DNA of 21,703 bases from NCBI RefSeq assembly GCF_035285525.1, contig NZ_JAYKGW010000072.1, positions 1 through 21,703 of the forward strand, read 5' to 3'. The first letter of the stretch is position 1; each line of letters begins with the position of its first letter. The stretch comes from Okeania sp. (GTDB lineage: Bacteria > Cyanobacteriota > Cyanobacteriia > Cyanobacteriales > Microcoleaceae). Positions 1 to 5,347 of the stretch are shown here, in pieces. A program made the translations under genes and the position numbers. Below the pieces are notes generated by a model that saw only the letters and a list, made by a program, of their open reading frames with translations, was not told where the DNA came from and did not search any database.

Positions 1-45
1 TAGCCCCCCCTTCCATCTTAGCCCCCCCTTCCATCTTAGCCCCCC
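1..45. repeat. 18-bp tandem repeat inside the TPR protein CDS
   Basis: tagcccccccttccatct occurs at 1-18 and 19-36, and a partial third copy starts at 37. The repeat is in frame (6 codons) and gives GGAKME repeats on the minus strand. It may continue beyond the window edge. Confidence 0.8.
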
Positions 46-1684
46 TTTCAAAGGGGGGTTGGGGGGATTCATCAGAAGCTTCTGGCCACTTCATCACCGA
101 CTCTCGATACAAAGAAATCAAGCGATCGATATCTTCTGCCACCCCTAAGTCAATCATTTCCACCTCAGAAGGTTTTCCTTGAGCTAAAACAAACGCTAGA
201 TACCGCGCCTTCTGCCAACTATCATTCATAAAATCAAAGACTCGAAACCGCACGAACTCCAACAACTTCGCCCCCTCTGGTAACTCTGAAGCTACTGCCC
301 GTCTGTCGCCCATTTGTTGCTGCATGGCAATTTCTGGCACCTCTCGCGTTAACTGTCTTTCTAACTCATTACATTCTTTTTGCAGTTGAGCTAACTGTTG
401 TTTGTGAGCTTCCCGTTTTTCTGGTGGCGGTACTTGATAGGTAAATGCTAAAAGTTGGTCGCACTTTTCTCGCCACAGTCGGAAAATCTTTTGGAGTCGT
501 GGAGAACGATCGTGGAAGACTGCTTGGTTTTGAGCAGCAAGAGCAGTTGCAGTTAGAGCTTTCCGTTTGAGGACGAGATTTAATGCAGCTTGTTTTGCTA
601 CTTGGGAGTGGGGGAGATATTGGTAGACTAAGGAGAGGAATATTTCAAGGTTAGGTCTGACTTTTTCTTGAATGTGGGCAAGGCGATCGCTTTCGGAACT
701 AGAAGCAAAGATAACTTGGATAGTTTTATCTTGGATTTTGCTAGCTTTGAGCATTAGTTTGAATGCTTCTTTGGGGCGATCGGTTTTTGCTAGTAATCCT
801 GCCAGGTTGTTGAGGTGGGTGGCGAGTTGTGGATGATTGGCAGGCAGGGCGATTTTGTCGATTTCTATGGCTTGTTGGAACAATGGTTCCGCTGCCTCGT
901 ATCTCCCTTGAGATTCATATAGTCCTGCCAGGTTGTTGAGGTGGGTGGCGAGTTCTGGATGATTGGCAGGCAGGGCGATTTTGTCGATTTCTATGGCTTG
1001 TTGGTACAATGGTTCCGCTGCCTCGTATCTCCCTTGAGAACGATATAATTCTGCCAGGTTGTTGAGACTGGAGGCACGTTGTGGATGATTGGCAGGCAGG
1101 GCGATTTTGTCGATTTCTATGGCTTGTTGGTACAATGGTTCCGCTGCCTCGTATCTCCCTTGAGATTCATATAGTCCTGCCAGGTTGTTGAGGTGGGTGG
1201 CGAGTTGTGGATGATTGGCAGGCAGGGCGATTTTGTCGATTTCTATGGCTTGTTGGTACAAAGGTTCCGCTGCCTCGTATCTCCCTTGAGAACGATATAA
1301 TCCTGCCAGGTTGTTGAGGGAAGTCGCCACGTTGGCATGACTTTCTCCCCAGAGTTGTAGTGCTAATGTCGCTGCTTGTTCAGCAATAGGTATTGCTTCA
1401 TCATATTTGCCTGCGTTGTAGAGTTCAATCACTTCGTTATTTAGTTGTTCCCACTCCTCCATCATTTTTGCTAGTCCTTCAGCAAAGCTTTGCAACCATT
1501 CTGCATTGCTTTCCCCATTTTCTCCCATCTTAGCTGCTACCAATTTCATCACTTCTACAAAAGCTTCACCCAATAACTGGGAATTAGCGTGTAAAATTGC
1601 TTGCTCCTCCCCGTTAGGGCAAGTTAGCAGTTGTTTAATTAAATTTAGATCAGCTTCTAAGCGTTGTTGTTGCTCTTCGTTCAT
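1..1684 (-). CDS. TPR-repeat protein: N-terminal ~560 aa of a probable TPR-CHAT family protein (3' end lies left of the window)
   Basis: The ATG is at 1684-1682, 7 nt after AGGAGA (reverse complement of tctcct, 1692-1697). I checked the frame by hand at both ends and it is open to position 1. It is absent from the ORF track because it has no stop inside the window. The translation starts MNEEQQQRLEADLNLIKQLLTCPNGEEQAILHANSQLLGEAF. Five 42-aa TPR units follow (LNNLAGLY.SQGRYEAAEPLYQQAIEIDKIALPANHP), then a helical linker (..LVLKRKALTATALAAQNQAV..). This N-terminal layout is typical of cyanobacterial TPR-CHAT proteins. The CHAT domain itself is not in the window, so that part is inference. Confidence 0.8.
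   Translation of the reverse strand, partial: MNEEQQQRLEADLNLIKQLLTCPNGEEQAILHANSQLLGEAFVEVMKLVAAKMGENGESNAEWLQSFAEGLAKMMEEWEQLNNEVIELYNAGKYDEAIPIAEQAATLALQLWGESHANVATSLNNLAGLYRSQGRYEAAEPLYQQAIEIDKIALPANHPQLATHLNNLAGLYESQGRYEAAEPLYQQAIEIDKIALPANHPQRASSLNNLAELYRSQGRYEAAEPLYQQAIEIDKIALPANHPELATHLNNLAGLYESQGRYEAAEPLFQQAIEIDKIALPANHPQLATHLNNLAGLLAKTDRPKEAFKLMLKASKIQDKTIQVIFASSSESDRLAHIQEKVRPNLEIFLSLVYQYLPHSQVAKQAALNLVLKRKALTATALAAQNQAVFHDRSPRLQKIFRLWREKCDQLLAFTYQVPPPEKREAHKQQLAQLQKECNELERQLTREVPEIAMQQQMGDRRAVASELPEGAKLLEFVRFRVFDFMNDSWQKARYLAFVLAQGKPSEVEMIDLGVAEDIDRLISLYRESVMKWPEASDESPQPPFERGAKMEGGAKMEGGA
798..1427. repeat. 126-bp tandem repeat (5 units) encoding 42-aa TPR units
   Basis: Units start at 798, 924, 1050, 1176 and 1302, an exact 126-bp period. 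Units 1-4 are nearly identical at nucleotide level, with long identical cores (gatgattggcaggcagggcgattttgtcgatttctatggcttgttgg). Unit 5 is diverged. Confidence 0.9.
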
Positions 1685-1817
1685 ATTAGTTTCTCCTTAA
1701 TTTATTTGCATCATAATCTGATTAAACATTCCCGTGGTTGTAGTTGCCCATTAGCATCCTAACATAGACCTCTATTCCTTCAGCGCAACTAATAACCACC
1801 TGAGCGATCGCCATACC

Positions 1818-1852
1818 TAACTTATTGCTGTAAGCGTTTAACTCGAATCAAT
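1818..1852 (-). pseudogene. 3'-terminal remnant of a DUF5615 (PIN-like/Mut7-C) toxin gene
   Basis: ctaacttattgctgtaagcgtttaactcgaatcaat matches the last codons plus stop of the DUF5615 pseudogene at 4496-4530 (taacttattgctgtgggcgtttaactcgaatcaat). The rest of the toxin gene is missing between here and the DUF433 gene at 1902. Confidence 0.55.
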
Positions 1853-1901
1853 AATAAATCCGTGCATCCGTCGCAAAATCAGTGTCTAGCTCCCATCTAG
1901 C

Positions 1902-2198
1902 TCAAGCTTCCTCGTTTTCCTGAATAGCACGTTCGATTTCTTCTGCATTAGCCTCAGCATAAACCCAAGCATTAGCAATATCAGTAACCCGAAGAGTAGG
2001 ATAGTCTTGTAGCAACTCCGACTCACTCATACCCAAACGACGAGCATTAACTAATACCCACACAGGAATGCGAGTACCAGCAATACAAGCATCACCACCA
2101 CAAACACCCGGAGTTTTTTCAATACCAGAATAAATATTAGCCAAACTTTGAGCTAAAAGTTGGATAGCTTGAAGTTTTTCCGCTGGAGTTAATGCCAA
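1902..2198 (-). CDS. DUF433-type antitoxin-like protein (paralog 1, possibly decaying)
   Basis: This is a 98-aa ORF containing GVCGGDACIAGTRIPVWVLVNARRLG, the motif I associate with DUF433. It is highly similar to the paralog at 4845-5171. The paralog's start ATGAAATTAAAAGAT reads ATAAAATTAAAAGAT here (ATA at 2228-2226, in frame). About 12 nt carrying the paralog's GGAG Shine-Dalgarno are absent, so only a TTG start at 2198 remains. Confidence 0.6.
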   Translation of the reverse strand: MALTPAEKLQAIQLLAQSLANIYSGIEKTPGVCGGDACIAGTRIPVWVLVNARRLGMSESELLQDYPTLRVTDIANAWVYAEANAEEIERAIQENEEA

Positions 2199-2238
2199 AA
2201 GTTGGGGTTCTAAATCTTTTAATTTTATAGTATCTAAT

Positions 2239-2328
2239 GTAGGTTGGGTAGAACAAAGTGAAATTCAACAAAACCTTATTCTGATAAAAGGCTATTTTTG
2301 TTGGGTTTCGTTCCTCAACCCAACCTAC
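2239..2328. repeat. MITE-like or hairpin dispersed repeat (gtaggttggg ... cccaacctac)
   Basis: The arms gtaggttgggtagaac (2239-2254) and gttcctcaacccaacctac (2310-2328) form an imperfect inverted repeat. Related motifs (gtaggggtt(t)gg...ccaaaccc) recur at 6535-6562 and 14561-14612. Confidence 0.5.
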
Positions 2329-2443
2329 AGTTATTGAACTTCTACTCAAAGAACCTTAATTTGTTATAATGCCCATCTCAGGCAATTTTTTTCTCAATTC
2401 CTTTTTCGGGAAATAGAGGCGATCGCTTTTTTTTGGCAAACTT

Positions 2444-2472
2444 TTGAAAACACTATACAACTTATTTATATA
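2444..2472 (+). promoter_or_regulatory. Sigma70-type promoter for the Phd/YefM-like gene
   Basis: TTGAAA (2444-2449), an exact 17-nt spacer, then TATATA (2467-2472). The predicted TSS is about 30 nt upstream of the ATG at 2511. Confidence 0.55.
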
Positions 2473-2510
2473 TTAAAATCAGAATATCAAATCATTATCG
2501 CCGTGAAAGT

Positions 2511-2924
2511 ATGAAAAAATTGGACTTAAAGGAAACCAATATTGACCTAACAGTAATTATTGACGAAATTGCTGCTAACCAGTCTGAAGTTGTCATTACC
2601 CGCCAAGGTTTGCCAGTTGCTCGTATTGTTCCTTATACAATTTCTGACGCATCTACAAAAAATTATCCATTACGGGGAATGCCAATCAAAACTTCTGCTG
2701 ATTTCGATGAACCGATGTCTGAACTTTGGGATGCTTTAGGAGAACGAAAATTTGGTAGTGCGGGCATCTTGCCCGCGATGGGTGTACCTCATAACAGTCA
2801 AACCGCTGTATTATTGGGCAATCGGCTCAACCACAGTAAATGGAATATTTTCCAAAACTACCTGTGGCAAGTCGCCAGCACCCAAAACATTTTGGGCATC
2901 CAGAATTTCTACCCCAACCAATAA
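2511..2924 (+). CDS. Phd/YefM-family antitoxin-like protein with an abnormal 3' extension
   Basis: The N-terminal ~78 aa (MKKLDLKETNIDLTVIIDEIAANQSEVVITRQGLPVARIVPY...ADFDEPMSELWDALGE) look like a complete Phd/YefM-type antitoxin. The ORF then reads on for ~55 aa through a gcgggcatcttgcccgc hairpin repeat (about 2760-2776). It overlaps the convergent DUF2283 gene by ~110 nt, so the true 3' end is uncertain. No toxin gene follows. Confidence 0.6.
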   Translation: MKKLDLKETNIDLTVIIDEIAANQSEVVITRQGLPVARIVPYTISDASTKNYPLRGMPIKTSADFDEPMSELWDALGERKFGSAGILPAMGVPHNSQTAVLLGNRLNHSKWNIFQNYLWQVASTQNILGIQNFYPNQ

Positions 2925-3044
2925 TTCACCCTCACCGATATTGAGAGCTATTTCATCAGTTAAACGGAGAGTGCGACACTCATGTTTACCTTCTACTAAA
3001 CGAATGTAAACAGCATCAATTTCAGAATCATAACTAATTTTCAT
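2811..3044 (-). CDS. DUF2283-type small protein
   Basis: The ATG at 3044 is preceded by AGGAGA (caaggagaagacaATG). The 77-aa product is MKISYDSEIDAVYIRLVEGKHECRTLRLTDEIALNIGEGELLVGVEILDAQNVLG, a pattern I recognise as DUF2283. The 27 codons upstream in the ORF-track version run through a palindromic repeat and are probably not translated. Confidence 0.7.
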   Translation of the reverse strand: MKISYDSEIDAVYIRLVEGKHECRTLRLTDEIALNIGEGELLVGVEILDAQNVLGAGDLPQVVLENIPFTVVEPIAQ

Positions 3045-3054
3045 TGTCTTCTCC

Positions 3055-3104
3055 TTGTTAAAAAAACGATAACCCTGTAGGGACGTTGCATGCAACGTCC
3101 CTAC
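3055..3104 (-). terminator. Intrinsic-terminator-like element: 28-nt perfect palindrome followed by a T-run
   Basis: gtagggacgttgcatgcaacgtccctac lies at 3077-3104, 59 nt after the stop of the DUF4384 gene. On the minus strand it is followed by agggttatcgTTTTTTTaaca. Confidence 0.55.
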
Positions 3105-3162
3105 TTTATATTTTCTCCTCACCAATATTCAGTCATAAACTACCTCTGACTTGCGCGTAGCA

Positions 3163-3966
3163 CTAAACAACCTTATAATCCATATACCACAAAGTAGAAT
3201 CTGACTTACCCTCAAAATAGGCCAAAAATTCCTGCAAATGCTCTCCCTCCAAGTGTAAAGGTGGTTGATTTGGTTTCGGCAACCAATCTAACTTTGGGCG
3301 TTCGGGAGCGATCGCTACTATTATCTCCTCAACCCCTGGTTTACCTTTCAGCTTAAAAGATTTTATAGATGCTCCCTCCATTGGTAACAATACTGCACCC
3401 GCTTCATTAAAACTAGGAGAAGGCGCCAGAAACGAGGGCGACAAACAATAAAATTTGCCAGAAGTACCTTTTTCCAATAGAGTCAAATATCCCGGACGTT
3501 CCAACTGTACCTCAAATTTAATTTCACTGCCCAAAGGTACGCTACTAGGATAATCAGAATCATGTTGCCACATATCCATTGTGCTAACCTTTGGGATAAC
3601 GGGACCCATTTTATTAGTTGAAACAGCCATATTTTTCAACATATACCAACGATAAACTATTTCACGCAACCACCGTTTAGCAATTTCAACTTTATCTCTT
3701 TTCGCTCCCTCAAAATCACAACCTTCAGCCTCTAATTTTTTAAATATTGTTCTTAAAGAGTCACGCAAAATAATATCTGGCGTTGCTTTTTGACTAGCAT
3801 TTTCTAATAAATTCTCTGATAAAACATCAGCCAGTGCTGGATTATTACAATCATCATTATCTATTTTAAACCGTTGGATAAATACCAGCCTAGTTTTATC
3901 TTTAAGCATCAATATATCGGCTATTTTTTCTAGGAAAGTGTTGTAACTTTTCTCTAACATCATCAA
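3163..3966 (-). CDS. DUF4384-type protein with an unassigned ~110-aa helical N-terminal domain
   Basis: This is a 267-aa ORF with three consecutive ATG codons at the start. The C-terminal half (VPLGSEIKFEVQLERPGYLTLLEKGTSGKFYCLSP...LLPMEG...FKLKGKPGVEEIIVAIAPERP) fits the DUF4384 pattern as I remember it. I cannot name the N-terminal domain (KTRLVFIQRF...LRTIFKKLEAEGCDFEGAKRDKVEIAKRWL). Confidence 0.7.
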   Translation of the reverse strand: MMMLEKSYNTFLEKIADILMLKDKTRLVFIQRFKIDNDDCNNPALADVLSENLLENASQKATPDIILRDSLRTIFKKLEAEGCDFEGAKRDKVEIAKRWLREIVYRWYMLKNMAVSTNKMGPVIPKVSTMDMWQHDSDYPSSVPLGSEIKFEVQLERPGYLTLLEKGTSGKFYCLSPSFLAPSPSFNEAGAVLLPMEGASIKSFKLKGKPGVEEIIVAIAPERPKLDWLPKPNQPPLHLEGEHLQEFLAYFEGKSDSTLWYMDYKVV

Positions 3967-3994
3967 CTATTCCTTTTCGATAGGTTCGCCTACA

Positions 3995-4023
3995 ATTATA
4001 TTTCGATAAATTCAAACTAGCAA
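3995..4023 (-). promoter_or_regulatory. Near-consensus sigma70 promoter for the DUF4384 gene
   Basis: On the minus strand: TTGCTA (4023-4018), a 17-nt spacer (4017-4001), then TATAAT (4000-3995). The predicted TSS is near 3988, about 22 nt before the ATG at 3966, and aaggaa lies in that leader. Confidence 0.6.
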
Positions 4024-4030
4024 TAACAAT

Positions 4031-4158
4031 TCTACATATTTCTACATGACTCTATCTGGTTCTACATTGCTCTATTTTGATTCAAAACTTATCTTTTTTC
4101 TACTATTTTCAATTATTTCTACTTTAATCAAACTTCTATTTAACTCCTTTTTTTCTAT
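4031..4158. promoter_or_regulatory. Array of nine same-orientation TCTAY motifs, five of them at exact 10-bp phasing
   Basis: tctac/tctat occur at 4031, 4041, 4051, 4061 and 4071 (exact 10-bp spacing), then at 4099, 4118, 4135 and 4154. The array sits immediately upstream of the predicted -35 of the DUF4384 promoter, in the divergent intergenic region. Confidence 0.5.
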
Positions 4159-4193
4159 TTCCATATCCTAAATTTACTAATTAAGATAATAGT

Positions 4194-4397
4194 ATGGTTC
4201 AAAAAAATAAAGAGAATAAAATGTATAAGTCAACGAAAATATTATTAATCTCAATTATTGCTGGAAGTATTTTCAGTATTCTCTCAGTAATCAATAATCG
4301 GGATGCCCAACAAATTAGTCAAGCTATTGAAAGTGGAGTAACAATGACATCTAGTATTTCTGCTTTACTAATCAGCTTAAAAAATACCGAGGAATAG
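4194..4397 (+). CDS. Hypothetical small membrane protein (weak call)
   Basis: This is a 67-aa ORF with one hydrophobic stretch (ILLISIIAGSIFSILSV). I found no convincing RBS and no recognisable family. Confidence 0.3.
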   Translation: MVQKNKENKMYKSTKILLISIIAGSIFSILSVINNRDAQQISQAIESGVTMTSSISALLISLKNTEE

Positions 4398-4405
4398 TTA
4401 AATAG

Positions 4406-4495
4406 AAAGTCACGAAGATTAACAGTTAAAACAGCACGCTCATCTGCAACAGCTAATTTCATAGTTTATTCCTGGGTATCTATATAATATGTTAT
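4406..4495 (-). pseudogene. Remnant of a third DUF433/DUF5615 module (chimeric stub)
   Basis: catagtttattcctgggtatcta (from 4460) is homologous to the start and upstream region of the DUF433 gene at 5169 (catagttgactcctgagtatcta). The stub reads MKLAVADERAVLTVNLRDF. Its ERAVLT.N..DF matches the middle of the DUF5615 pseudogene (NERAVLTLNRVDFF). Confidence 0.4.
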
Positions 4496-4499
4496 TAAC

Positions 4500-4841
4500 T
4501 TATTGCTGTGGGCGTTTAACTCGAATCAATTGACCTTTTAACGTTTCTTGAGTACAAATTGCCTCATTAATTCTATTAGCCATCCTTTCTCTGTCAAAAT
4601 CATCCTTACAAGCAATAATACCCCCATGATTTGATGAAATACGATGCAGTCGAAAAAAATCAACTCGATTTAAAGTTAAAACTGCACGTTCATTTTGAGT
4701 AGCAAAAGCTAGTACCTCTGGATCGGGAATCTTTTGGTTAGCTAACCCCGCTTCTTACACTGTCAGAACATCGTGACCAAAAGTCCTGAGCAACTCCACA
4801 ACCCGTTTAGGAAACTGTTCGTCAGCATAGAGACGTGCCAT
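4500..4841 (-). pseudogene. DUF5615 (PIN-like) toxin gene with one in-frame nonsense codon
   Basis: The ATG at 4841 lies 3 nt after the DUF433 stop, a typical TA operon spacing. I translated the full 114-codon frame by hand: MARLYADEQFPKRVVELLRTFGHDVLTV*EAGLANQKIPDPEVLAFATQNERAVLTLNRVDFFRLHRISSNHGGIIACKDDFDRERMANRINEAICTQETLKGQLIRVKRPQQ*. The premature TAA is at 4757-4755 (codon 29). Confidence 0.75.
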
Positions 4842-4844
4842 AGG

Positions 4845-5171
4845 TTAAATCTCCTCATTTTCTCGAATAGCTAACTCAATATCCTGAGAATATACCTCAG
4901 TATAATTCCAAGCATTAACCAGATCCACTGCCTGGAGACTAGGATAGTCTTGCAACAACTCCGACTCACTCACTCCCAAACGACGAGCATTAACTAATAC
5001 CCACACAGGAATGCGAGTACCAGCAATACAAGCATCACCACCACAAACACCGGGAGTTTTTTCGATACCAGACCAAGTATTAGCTAAATTTTGAGTTAAA
5101 AGTTGGATAGCTTGAAATTTTTCTGTCGGAGTTAATGCCAAAAGTTGAGGTTCTAAATCTTTTAATTTCAT
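4845..5171 (-). CDS. DUF433-type antitoxin-like protein (paralog 2, intact)
   Basis: The ATG at 5171 is preceded by AGGAG (ctcaggagtcaactATG). The 108-aa product is MKLKDLEPQLLALTPTEKFQAIQLL...GVCGGDACIAGTRIPVWVLVNARRLG. The ORF-track version (to 5237) adds 22 unlikely N-terminal codons. Confidence 0.8.
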   Translation of the reverse strand: MKLKDLEPQLLALTPTEKFQAIQLLTQNLANTWSGIEKTPGVCGGDACIAGTRIPVWVLVNARRLGVSESELLQDYPSLQAVDLVNAWNYTEVYSQDIELAIRENEEI

Positions 5172-5347
5172 AGTTGACTCCTGAGTATCTACTATTATTT
5201 TATCTATCATATAATTTTCCCCATTAATTAACCACAATACAAAAATACGGCATAGATAATTTAGTCATCTAAAGATAACTTCAGCTATTAGCCAAGGATT
5301 TCAATTATTGGCGAACTTAGTGCATCGGATAGAAAATTATTCAGACA

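Noticed and set aside
40-58. cccccctttcaaagggggg palindrome as a terminator
   Set aside because: It lies inside the open reading frame of the TPR protein (coding ..PPLKGG..). Its loop is too short for a real hairpin of full stem length.
798-1427. Regular repeats at 798-1427 and 6660-7055 as possible CRISPR arrays
   Set aside because: Neither has a repeat-spacer organisation. The first is contiguous 126-bp coding (TPR) units, and the second is contiguous 9-bp units with no unique spacers. There are no cas genes in the window.
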